Shown: positions 51,831 to 64,000 of the stretch, one piece after another | How positions within the stretch are numbered: position 1 is the first letter of the stretch | Layout of the letters: every line of letters starts with the position of its first letter | Source of the DNA: Geosiphon pyriformis uo1 | Taxonomy: Eukaryota; Fungi; Glomeromycota | Direction of reading: 5' to 3' | DNA length: 64,000 bases | NCBI GenBank assembly: GCA_016748015.1 | Contig: JAAOMT010000085.1 | Span: 62,001-126,000 of the forward strand | The notes under the pieces: generated by a model | Told to the model about the DNA's origin: nothing | The model's database searches: none | What the model saw: the letters and a program-made list of their open reading frames with translations, nothing else | Position numbers and translations under genes: made by a program

Positions 51831-52624
51831 ATTAATTAATTTTGTGCCAGTTATTTTGTATAGTTACATTTTAATAAATGTCAACTTTTTTCTAAAAATT
51901 GCTTATTTAAAAGCTTATTAAATTGTTTAGTTATTTTATAGTAAAAGTTAATTCTTCTACAAAAATTTTGTTTATAGACTATTCTAATAATTATAATAAT
52001 AAAAAAAGAAAAAATATAAAAAATATAAAAAATATAAAATTTTGTTAAAAGAATTATTTTCTGATTCAAGTTTGGAGTTACTAACTGTTTATTAAAATTG
52101 GTAGTTAATTAATTTCAAAATATTAGTTAAATTTTATAGAATTTTAAATGTAATTATTTTAAGAATTGGTTTTCAAAGTATATTTTTATTTTGAATTTGT
52201 GCTGTAGGATAATTCTAAAAAAGATAAGATATTTATAGTAAAATACATTTTCTTAAAAAAAAAGCTCTTCTTTTATATAACTTGTTGTAATACTAGTTTA
52301 TAAACTTAAATTTTTTCTTTTGCTATAATTTTGGCAAACTAAAAATATATTTTGTTAAACTACAAGTTATTTTATTAAACTATTAACTATTTATTATTTT
52401 GACAAATTTTGGCAAATTCTTGAATATTATATAGTTTGGAGTATTGTATAATTTGATTATTTTAATTTTTATTGTACAAATTAGATTATTAATTAAATAG
52501 TAATATTTGATAATTTAATTAAGTAATAAAATAATAATTGAAATAATATTAATATATACTAATTAATAATAGAAACTATAAGAATAATTTTATGCTAATT
52601 AATAATTAAAATTTCTTTAATAAT

Positions 52625-53187
52625 ATTATTGACCTAATCATTAATCTGGTTATTAATTACTTTTAATAACTATATAAGTGATGAGTTTCTTAACTATAGA
52701 AAAACATATAGTAATTGATCAAGAATAAATAAAATAACAACTATTATCTCAATTTTTCTCCTATTAGTTATTCTTTTTTCCTTATCTTCAAGTATCTAAA
52801 CATCTTGAAATAAAAAATTACTTGTTGGCATTTATCTACCCTTTTTTTGAATTATATAATTGTAGTATTTGAAGATTATTCAATAAAATATGACTAAAAA
52901 GCACATATAATATCTAATATTAAATTTTAAAAACACTAACATAAGACATAAAATTATATTAGTGTGTTATTATTTGTTGACAGTACAGATTATCCTTTTA
53001 TCTTCAAATTTTTTGGTTATTCTTTAAAAAAAATAACAATTAAAATATTTTATAAAACTGATCTCACATATTAAATTCATACTTATTTAATTTGTTTCTT
53101 AAAGTTGAATTTCTTTTGATTTATTCTATTATTATACAATCCTGTTTTCTCTTACTATCTATTAGCTTATTATTCCAACTTATAACA
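52625..53187 (+). repeat. Partial or solo LTR of the 9161-16913 Gypsy family, opposite orientation, more decayed
   Basis: Reverse complement of the 53187 end (tgttataagttggaataataagctaatagatagtaagagaaaacaggattgta) matches the LTR start; colinear back to the 12-bp repeat; no PBS follows. Confidence 0.85.
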
Positions 53188-53402
53188 ATTTTATTAATTT
53201 ATTTTAACTAAAATTTTATTATTAATATTTGAAAAAAATATGTACAAATTATGTAATCTAAAACAAATACCAAATTTCTCTGTAATTTTAAGCAGTTTTA
53301 TAATATTACTAGAAAATTAAGATAACAAGTTATAAATAATAGAAAACAAAAAGTTATTATAAGATATTAAACTATATTTTACTGTAATATTTTTGTATTT
53401 TA

Positions 53403-56400
53403 TTTTATTTTTTATTTTTTTTATTAATGTTTAACAAGTGAGGCCCAAAAGCCACCTAGTGCAATACATTAAACTAAGCAATCTAAACTAAGTGCTAATC
53501 ATGCACTTTCTACACGTGACCAACCACTTGGACCAATTAGAGCAACACTATAAATCTATCAGAACAGAAACCACACCATTTATACCAGAAAAAAAGCAGC
53601 TATGTTCATGAAAACCAAAACAGACACCAACCACCTCGGAAATCCCAAGCAACCTAATCATCCCAGCAGAAAACATGTATGACAAACCATGAATCACAAG
53701 ATACACAGAACCATCAAGTAGAATTAAACTGCCTTTTTCCATCAAAGCCCTATATTTAGCTCTAACCACTCAAATATCCAAGCAGTAAGCAGTACCCAAT
53801 TCTCGAACAAAATCAACAATAAACTTGCCCACAACCTTGGTATTACCTAGAATAGATGAAGCTTCCTGAACCCAATCTCTGAACACAAAACCTTTGCCCA
53901 CAGTAGTATACAACACATTATCAGATGTGCACAGAGAAAGCACCTGTGAAACACGAGACGAATGCAAGTCCAATCCAGAAACACTTTGTCACTTGACCAG
54001 ATGAGACTTAAGAATACTCTTACAAGCATCAAAATTAAATGTGCAAATGAAGAAATGGTCGGAACTTTCCACCTCACCACAATGCAGACATGAGACACTT
54101 GGGTAAATCTTACTATACAGACATTTTCACACAGCAACTAGGAGATGGTAGTGAAGAGCCTTTAAAAAATAAGAGCACAAACCAGCCATAGATTTACTGG
54201 TAAAGCCAGCTGCCATATGGGAGTCAGGATGCCACACTAAAGCAGTATGAAACCAGTCCACATTACCAAGCAAACTGTTATCAACAACGTTGAAACCAGA
54301 ACCAAACTCCTAGTGAGCCTGATTAATAGACCTGAAAATCTCACAAGCAAAATAACGAACATTTCCAGACACTGTCTCCCCAGTAGCCATGATAAATCTC
54401 TCTCTAACCAAAACAGGAAGCACCAAAGAAGAGCTTGCAGCTAGACCAACCAACTTATTAGCATACTCATTACCTACAACATCTGAATGTCCTTTTATCT
54501 TATGCCAAGAAACAATAAGCTGCTTATCTCTAATTAAATTGACAATGCCATGTCACTCCATCCAACAGTGGTTGTGGAAATCCAGAGACACCAGAGCAGA
54601 TTCAGCCACACATACATCCAATGCAGCCTAACTGTCTGAATAAACCACCACAGAACTGTCAAGAGAAACACACTTTAATGTCAAAGCAATCGCCAGCAGT
54701 TTTACCATAGTCAAAGACACCAATCCACCAATCTTAACACCAATATCCATGTCCAGATCTGAGAAATAAGCAGCAGCACCACATTTCATTTCACATGAAC
54801 CCAAATCTCTCAATGATCTATCAGTGTAGACATTGACTACCCTTATATTTGCTGAAGAGAGACAATGGCTCAATCTGGAAACTACACCTGAACTGCAAAC
54901 ATTCATATCCCATGAATCTTTAATGCGCAAATCATCAGAAGTAGAAGATTGATTCAAAAAATTACAAATCAAAGTGAACCAATGAGGGGTGAGGCCCCTC
55001 GGATCAAGTCTCTTCCAATGACGAAAGCTTTTTCAATCAAAAATTAAACTTTTTTTGATATATAACTGCTCAGCAAAGGGGACCCAAACTTTTTGAGAAA
55101 TAAAGAGACATTATAAAACAAAAAAGCACTTAGGACTGCAGATATTGGTGTTCCACCAAAAAATCAGAATGCAGAAACAGAGAGATTGCCAAGAGACATG
55201 CCACAGTCCAAAAAATTCTAACAACTCCTGCCAAAAAATTATTGACCAGACTGACATGCAACCTAATTGGACAACATAAAAGATAAATAGATGACTAACC
55301 CAAGACTTGAAGATCCAGAGATCTATGATTGAACAAATGACCAAGAATACCATCAGCGTTTGAGAAACACAACACAGAAGCCACCTTGTATTCAGTTTGC
55401 AACTGCTCAAAAGATCTTAAACCATACAAAAAAGGATGATAAAGGGTCTCATTGGGAAAGTCTCTTGGAAGACCAGCTTTAAGCCTTAACCCCTTCTTGA
55501 TCAATGTATCCCACTTCATACACACATTCCTGGAGACAAAGCTGAACTGAGTCCTATAACTGATAATTGGTTGTAACACAGCTAATACTAAATAAAAAAA
55601 CTGCTTGTCTGAAATAGCTTTCTTGAGAACCAAATTGACAAAAAACTTGACATCCATGTGTGCCTTAGCCAAGCTTGGTTTGGACAATCTCTCAGATGAC
55701 AAATAAATGCCAAGATATCAATAAGACTTTTTTTTGCAAGCAATTGAAATTGGCAGATCACTAATTGACAATGAAGTATTACTAACTCTCTGATTAATAG
55801 AAATGGCTACAGTTTTTTCATTATTGATAAAAATGTTATTTATCTTAAAAAATTCACTTGCTGTGTCCAGGATATACTGAGTGGCAGCCTGACTGCTTCT
55901 CACCCAGATGGTATTATCCATGAATACACCAGCAGCCAGAAAAGAAGTCAAACTGCCTTGGTTTTCTATTCTGCTAGTCTTAGCTACAAATTTAGTATCA
56001 ATTCAGTAACCACACAAACTTTTCTGTCTTTTGACCTCACACAAAAGGGGGTCATAAAAAATTCTCCACAGCAAAGGAAAGAAAACCTCACCCTGATCAA
56101 GACTATCATGCACCCAGTAGTCATCTGTTAGACCAAAATCAGTCATAATCTGGTTAACGCAGTTATTGTGAATTAAACCAAAAAATATAATAAAATGCCT
56201 GCACATTTTGATCTGAACCAAACTATTATGCAAGTAATGCCAACCTACAAAGTTATAGGCTTTATGCATATCTTGTAACACAAGCCAAAGCTTACAATCC
56301 TTTTCCAAAGTGTCTTTAACAACTGAACCAATGGCAAAAATAGGAGACTAAGTGGTCGTTCTTTTAAGCACTAAAAAATTGTTCTCACGAAGTACTGCAT

Positions 56401-58354
56401 GCTGAAAAAATTCTGTCAGACAACAACTTAGAAAGAATCTTATGGGCAGTCTCAATTAAAGCAATTGGCCTAGTATTTGTTAAGACACCCCTTCACTCAT
56501 AGGGCTTGGGAATCATTGACACCCAAGCTTCCTTCCAACAATGGGGAATTAACTTACATGCCAAACAAATATTCAGAAGATCCAGAAGCAAGCCTAACAC
56601 AGAATCATTACAATGTTTCCAAAGTTCATTTGAAATGCCAAACAAGCCAGCAGCTTTACCATTAGGCAAATTTTTAATTACACATATCAAGTCATTCAAA
56701 CTGATAGCATTTATTACACCCAAAAAAGCATTATTATCAACATAATCTAATGGCAGGTATTGATGTTACCACAAATTGGAAACACTTCTCAGCATGGCCC
56801 TCTTTCTTATTCAGCCCTCTATTATACTATCAACCTTATTTTTAACCTCTACCAAGTCCAAAATCAAGCTGCCATCAGAGACTAAATGATCTAACACCAC
56901 TTTGTGGAATGGGCATTCCAAAACACTATGGATCATATGGCCTTTGTTGACCACAAAACTCTCCATCTTTCTTTCAATAGCTGATCTAATGTCCAACTCC
57001 TTGGCTTGCAAAGACTTGGCAAGCTTAAAGGCACAATAATACCTCCTCATGTCACAAAGAGCAGAATGGACATGATTAAAATTTGCACCAAAACTCACAA
57101 GATCACAAACAACAGAAGTTTTGTCACTATTCATAGAAATTTAGCATCTTAATAGAGACTCAAATCTGCTGGAGTCTGCCTTGTAAGAAGCCTTGACAAT
57201 TTTTGACACCAAAACCTCCAAGTTATGCAACTTAGAAGACTCTTTGGTAAACATCCCATCATAACCCTTAAACCATTTCTTCTTGAAAGCACCATTAGCT
57301 GAAAAAACCATCACTTTGTAAACAGTATCCCACATAGTATTCAAATCAGAAAACTTCTTAGCAGCCTCAAATTCGTCTAAAAACATGACAGCATTGGCTG
57401 CAGTAGCATCTTTAAACTCACCCCATTTTGCTATATCTGCACTTTTGACATCAAACTTCCAATGATCTTTATTCACCTGCTTGCATATTGAACTTAAACA
57501 GACATTGAGCAAACCACCCAAACCCACGGAAGCAGATACAGCTTTGTGGTCAGTATCAAAATATTCCTTGACATTGGCCACACTATCATCTGTTACAGCA
57601 TTGACCAAACTCGAAGAAATGAAAATGTAGTCAAGAGCTTTAGTGACACTGCAGGAATTGGTTCACGTAGGTGTCTTAACAAATAAACTTCCCCCTAAAA
57701 AATCAACTAAATCCAAATCAAAGCATTTCTTGAAGCTAGCACACTTTTAGAACCCATCTTTGTTAAAATCACCACCCAAAATAACAAAGAAGGACTCGTT
57801 TACTGCCTTTGTAATGAGAAAGTTGATTTCACCAGCCTAAGAGAACCAAACCACCGATAACACACCAGCATAGAGTCCCAAAATTAACACAGAAAGATTA
57901 TTCTTGAAGAGTAATTTGAGAGAAAGGAGACAACCAGGAATCTTGGAAACCTTACATACATGTTTTACCAAAGAAATGTCCATGATAATCACCACACCAG
58001 AACCCAAATGACCAAAGTCCAAACCAGAGGTGAAAACCCAAACACCATCAAATTTATTCATAATCCATGGGTGGATCTTGCCCTTCAACTTAGTCTCAAT
58101 AACAACAGAAATCAAATTGTTCATCTCTTTATGCCAACATATTACATTATTCTGTTTTGTAGAATTATTTATACCCCTAACATTGCATGTGGCAATCTTC
58201 CAAACTAGACTGGTCATTGAGAAAGAGATTTGGGAGATGCATTGCCAGCCAAAATCGAACCATTAAATCTCGCTGTAAGACTTAGAACTGAGGCAAAAAG
58301 TCCTTCCAACATGCTTTCCAATCTTTTTACTTCAGTAAAAGCAGAAGAGTTGAG
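53403..58354 (-). mobile_element. LINE copy D: complete degenerate ORF2 (58217-53548) plus the last ~46 codons of ORF1
   Basis: 'MTSLVWKIATCNVRGIN', 'TDHKAV', 'LDQGEVFFPLLW', 'VYTDRSL'; 3' UTR and T-rich tail at 53403-53422. Confidence 0.93.
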
Positions 58355-61300
58355 AGTATTGACATGGAGGAGGAGTGCTTGGTTGAGGAAACCAGTGTTG
58401 TCTATGGTGAGAATGGTGCTTTTACAGGAGAGGATCCTAATCAAATGCCTAAAAGTTTGTGTGTAAAGACCAAGAAGATATTAAGAAAGCCTCTGGGTGT
58501 GATTGATTATGGTACTGTCAATGCAGAAGATGACGTGTTAGACAGTTCATTCCTTTTCCCACCCCTTTTACCTATTAAACTGTCTATTCAAGTGTCTGTT
58601 CGCAAATTTTTTGCTTTGGATATTAATCTCGTGGCTGTTGCTGGGAAATCATCTCAGGAAAAATTGAACTTTGTCAAAAAAAATTTTTCAGGTGTGAATG
58701 GTTTTGGGGGGGTCTCTGCTCCCTCAAAATTTGGTGGAATTATCCAGACATCTTTCACTTTCAAAAAGGTGATGATGGCAGCTGCTTAATTGGCAAATGA
58801 TTGTAGTGTTATGGTAAACACCAATCTTAAGTGCCCCATCAACAATCATATGAATCGGGCAATTGTGTTGAAAGAAATTCCTGTGGAAACTTCCATCAAG
58901 GCAGTGCATGCAGCCATTTCTGAATTTGGACTTATTAAGTTGATCAAAATACAGTTGGTGAGTCTATGACAAAAGGCGATTATTGAATTAGAAGATCAAA
59001 TTTAGGCTGATCTCTTGGCAGCTAAGTAGTCTGTTCTTATTGGGAAAGATGCAGTGCATGTGGCCCGGGCCGATATTAACAAACAAATGTGGGATGCCAG
59101 AGATGAGTTTAGGACTTTGCTTTACACTTTCCCTATAGACACCACCACTCATGATCTTTGGGACTTTATTGGTTCAGTTGGTGGGAAAACATGTGTTATT
59201 GAACGCAGCTCTGTCAGTTATGTCTGGGCATACTGTGCCACTGTGTGCTTTGATTCTGAGGGTAGCCTTATTTAGACAATGGCAAACACTCCTGTTATAA
59301 AAGACGTTGGTCTCCGTTGGTCTCATTTGACCACTGCACTGTGCTCAATTTGCAGAAATTCCGGTCATACTTCTCTCACTTGTCGTACTGCTGGTGCATC
59401 CTCAAGTCCTAGGAGCAAGAGAGCTCTTCTTTCAGCTCAAGATCAGCTCCGTCTGGCTAAGATATATGAAAAAAAATCTGCTCCCGTTTCCCACCCTTTG
59501 GCTTTTGGTGGAAAAACCTGGGCCTCTGTGGTTGGTAAACCACTTCCATTAGCGTCATTTAGTGGTTCAGCTCAATCTGGTTTCGTATTTTATGGTAAAC
59601 CTTTCTTGACTGTTAGTGGTGAATTGAAAGACCATTTGAAGAATATTGAGAGCAGTCTTGTCAGCCTTGTGGGACAAATTGGTAAGTTGGCTAAGAGGTT
59701 GGACTCATTCGTGTTGGCAGTTTTCCAGCCTAGCCCTGGATGTCAACTGCTGGTGACCCCCCCATCACAGAATTAAGGGGAGGATATAGTGATGAGAGTG
59801 GGTTTGGATGATGCCACTAGTGACAAGACTGCTGCCGTTACAGGTTCAACTGCCTCACCTGAGGTTGTGAAATTGGAAAACATGTTGGAAGGTCTCTTTG
59901 CTTCAGTCATGAGCCTATTGGCGTGCTTGGATGGTTTGGCTTTGGCAGGTGGTGCTCTTTCTTTACCTCTTTCTCAATGAATGGTCTGGTGTGAAAAATT
60001 GCTACGTGTAATGTTCATGGGTTGAACAATCCTGTGAAGCAAGATGATGTCATTCATTGGCATAGAAATATGGGTAATTTAGTTTCTATTTTTACTGAGT
60101 TAAAGCTTAAAAGAAAAGTTCATCTGTGGTTGGCCAACAAATTTGATGGTGTTCGGGTTTTTACTTCTGGTCTGGATTCTGGTTCTTTGGGTGCTGGGGT
60201 GTTAATTGTCATGAATTCTTCTTTGGCAAGGCATGTTTTCAAGGTTTCTGAAGTGCCCGGCTGGCTTCTCTCCATCAAACTTCTCTTCAAAAATAAACTT
60301 TTGGTTTCTGTTTTGGGTCTCTATGCTGGTGCCTCTTCAAGTGTCTGATTCTCACAGGCTGGTGACATCAATTTTTTGATTGCTAAGACGGTAAATGAAT
60401 CTTCTTTTGTGGTCTTGGGTGGCAACTTCAATGAGGATGGCGTTCGTAAGAGTGCCAGTTTCAAAAAGTGCTTTGATCTGGGTCTGGTTAATGCCTTGGG
60501 TGGAAGTGTGCTTGTGAAGACGCCGACATGAGATAACTCTTATGGTGTTGTCAAGACTATTGACTATATGTTTGTCTCTTCGAGCTTGGTCAATGCTGTA
60601 GTGGATCATGGAGTGACTGGGATTGAGGATTTTTTTGATACTGATCATAAGGCTGTTTCTGTTTCTGTGGGTTTAGGTGGCTTGCTTGACTCTCAGCTGA
60701 ATTTGATACACAAGCAAGCTAATAAAGATTGTTGGAAGTTCAATTTCAGGAATGCTGGTGAGAAAGGGTGGGAACAATTTTAAGGATGCTATGTTGGCCA
60801 ATGGCCTAATGTTCTCGAGTGATTTCACTGCCTCTGCAAAATCTTCAGATTTAGATGCTATGTGGGACATTGTACACAAAGTAATGGTTCTCTCAGCAGT
60901 TGGGACATTCAAAAAGAAATGGTTTAAGGGTCATGATGAGGTTTTTACCAAGAGTTCTTCTAGGTTTCACAAGCTTGAGTTGCTGGTATCCAAGCTGGTT
61001 AAGGTGTTTCATTTGTTGTCTAGTGTGGAATTTGCGTCATTGTTGAATACATGAGAGAAGCTTAATGTCAATGGTGCTTTGGTGGTAAAGTCTTTATTTC
61101 TTTCAAACTCCAGTTTTGACAGGATTCGCTTGGCTCTGGCTAAAGCAAGAAAGTCTTACTGCTCTACTAAGTTGCTGGAATTCAAACGTGCTGAGGAATC
61201 CCATATTAGGGTGGCTATTGATAGAAAAATAGAAAGTTTTGAATCAGACAAGGGTCACACTATTAGGAGTGTTTTGGAGCATCCCTTTCGCAAAGTGGTA

Positions 61301-64000
61301 CTGGATCATTTGGTTGTGAGTGACGAGTTGATTTTGGAGCCCAGCTCAGTCAAGGCTAGGGTGGATGGGATCATAGAAGACTGGACCAGGAAGCGCAAAG
61401 TGGTGCCAGATATCTTCGATATTTGGTCTCGCTAGTACAAGCCTTTGGAGTATGTTTTTGATGGTGCATTTTCTGGTGTAATGTGTCCTGTTGGTTTCAA
61501 TGAGTTGTTCAGTGTGGTTTTTGGTCTGCCTGAGAACAAGATTGCTGGTCTTTCTGGGATTTCAAACGAGCTCTAGAAACACTGTGACAGATCAATTTTG
61601 GACATGTTTTTGGTGCTTTTAAATTCTTGTTTGATTTGTGAGTCAATACCTAGTGCTTGGAAGGAAGCCTGGGTCTCAATGATCTCTAAGCCATATGAGT
61701 GGGAAGAGGTTTTTATGAACACCCGATCTATTGTCTTGATTGAAACTGCCCACAAGATTCTTTCCAAGATTCTTTCAGATAGGATCTCATTGGCTTGTAG
61801 TACTTTTGATGTTCTGCGTGGGAACAATTTTTCGGTATTAAAGGGTATGACAACACAGTCTCTTATTTTTGCCATTGGTTCAGTTATTGAGAATGCTTTG
61901 GAGAAAAATCGTGAACTCTGGTTGGTCTTGCAAGACATGTAAAAGGCTTATGATTCTGTTGGGTGGGAACACCTTTAGGACAGTTTGGTTAGGATAAAGA
62001 TGTGTAGCAGGTTTATTAGGTTCTTTGGTGGTATCTACAGTAGTTGCATTAACAGAGTTATGACAAATTTTGGTTTGACGGATGGGTACGTGGTGCATGA
62101 TGGCTTGGACCAGGGGGAGGTGTTCTCACTACTCCTCTGGTGCATATTTTATAATCCCCTTTTGTGTAAAGTTAAGAGACAGGCGGATGGGTGTGGCTAT
62201 AGATTGAATTCTCATTTTATTTCTGGATGTGGTTATGCTGAGTCTTGGGCTAGTGTATCTTCATTTTTTGCAGCAGATGCCTTTGTTGATAATACTATAT
62301 AGGTTGGCAGCAATCAAAGTACCACACAACACATTCTCAACATTGCTAGTGAATTTTTCAATATCAATGACATCTCAATTAATAATGATAAGACTGTTGC
62401 CATTCCTATCAATTGTGATGGTACGGCTTCCTTTTTGCTGATCAGCAGGTCACTTATTTCTATTGCCAAGAAGGGGGAATCACATCGATATTTGGGGATT
62501 TATTTGTCAACTGAGGGTCTTTTGAAGCCTAGTTTGGCTAAGACACATTCTGATGTCTGGTTTTTTTCTAATTTAGTCCTGAAAAAGGCAGTATCTGATA
62601 AGCAACTTTCATATTTGGTTTTGGCGGTCCTCTTTTTTATCATTAGATATAGAACACAGTTCAGTTACATTCCTATTAGTTCTTGTAAAAAGTGGGACAC
62701 TTTAATTCGTAAGGGCTTGAGATTTAAGTCTGGTCTGCCATGTGATTTCCCCAATGATACAATTCATCATCTCTCTCTGTATGGTTTGAAGACTTTTGAG
62801 CAAGTTCAAGCTAAGAGCAAGTTGGCTTCGGTTGTTTCTTTTGCAAACTCTGTTGGGATTTTGGGGCATCTATTTTTTCACCAGTCACATGATCTGCAGG
62901 TCCTCTGCTGGTGCCTGCTACATCCATTGCAGTGTCCGGTTCATGTCAAAGTTAATTCTCTAAACAATTTTCTGGTGAGTGTGGTGCATATTTTCTCTGG
63001 ATGTGATTTGTCATTAGGTGGCTCTCTAACTAGTGCTTTTCGTCATCAGGGTGGAACTCCTATGTCTCTTGTTCTTGGTGAATCAAATTATGTCAAGAGT
63101 GTTTTTTCACTTCGGCATTATGGGGTTGTTTTTGTAGACCAGCTACAGAACCAAAATGGGACTGTTTTTGAGTGGAAGACCATCAAACGGTGGAAGTGGT
63201 TAGACCCACGTGGTCCGGTTCCTGTCTGGTTTGAGCTGTCAGTTTGTTTTCTTAGTGGCATGTCTTCTCTTTCTGTCTGCTCCACACTTTTGGCTGATCA
63301 CGGCTCTTCGGATGTTCTTCAGTCTCATGAATTTGGCATCATTGGTACCGGTTTACTCAATTCTAATGTTGGTCATTTTTCCATTTACACAGATGGATCT
63401 CTAAGTGATTTGGAGACTGTTGATATGAAAGCTGGGGCTGCTGTTTTCTTTGAGGACATTGGTATGGGTTTGGGTGTGGGGGTATTCGGTTTGATGTTTT
63501 CTACCTTGATGGAACTGCAGGCTATTGCTCTGGCGCTTGAGTGCATCCCTTCTTCTTATTCGGTCAACTTGTTCTCGAACAGTTAGGCTGCTTTGAATGC
63601 TTGCAGGTTGGAAATGAAATTGGTTTGCCCAGATTTTAGGAATTGGTGTTGGATTGAATGCCACCATATTGTTAATGTTATTCATCGTAAGAATTTAAAT
63701 GTTAATTGGTGTAAAGTAAAAAGACACTCAAAGGTTTTAGGCAATGAACGAGCTAATAAGTTGGCCAGGGCTGCAGCTCTCTCTGGTTGGCATCTGCCCC
63801 ATTCTGTTGATGAATGCTATCTTAGGAGTGGAGGAGCAGCCATTTTTGGTAATTCTAGACATTTCATTCGGGACATTTTTTGGTCAGTTTATTGTGCACA
63901 TTGGGAAATCAGTTGTGGTATGGGGGTGGTGGTGGATAGTCTGCATACAGATATTGATTGTTTTAGGTCGTCGCTGGTTTGGCATCTGGATTCTCACATG
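58348..64000 (+). mobile_element. LINE copy E: ORF1 lacking its first ~55 codons (to 59980), ORF2 from 59977 running off the window
   Basis: 'ESIDMEEECLVEETS', CSICRNSGHTSLTC, 'IATCNVHGLN', 'GLDQGEVFSLLLW', 'AFVDNT', 'IYTDGSL'. Confidence 0.94.

Noticed and set aside
49140-53187. Ghost Gypsy pol and the 52625-53187 LTR as a single element
   Set aside because: Orientations are opposite under the LTR polarity fixed by the PBS and PPT of the intact element.

Overview
Eukaryotic, AT-rich, almost entirely retrotransposon-derived DNA. From recall of the protein families it looks fungal, probably Glomeromycota (Geosiphon-like); this was not verified by a search. It holds one intact host gene: a spliced TPR + J-domain co-chaperone (DNAJC7-like, minus strand, 29444-32899) in a ~4.3 kb CpG-retaining island, which appears to carry an unexpected N-terminal pair of ubiquitin-interacting motifs. 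The rest is nested retroelements. There are five large copies of an APE-RT-RNaseH-CCHC LINE family (three full length, two with clear TSDs), a 5'-truncated LINE with TSD, a LINE 5' end cut by the window edge, one full-length Ty3/Gypsy element (715-bp LTRs, 4-bp TSD) and a partial LTR. Several extremely AT-rich 'ghost' tracts decode as older LINE/Gypsy copies once C>T and G>A changes are reversed. The strongest signal is repeat-restricted, transition-only hypermutation: the two LTRs differ at about 74 of 715 sites (manual count) with no transversions or indels, mostly outside CpG and biased to TpC. All five LINEs also keep an ATGA stop-start overlap between ORF1 and ORF2.
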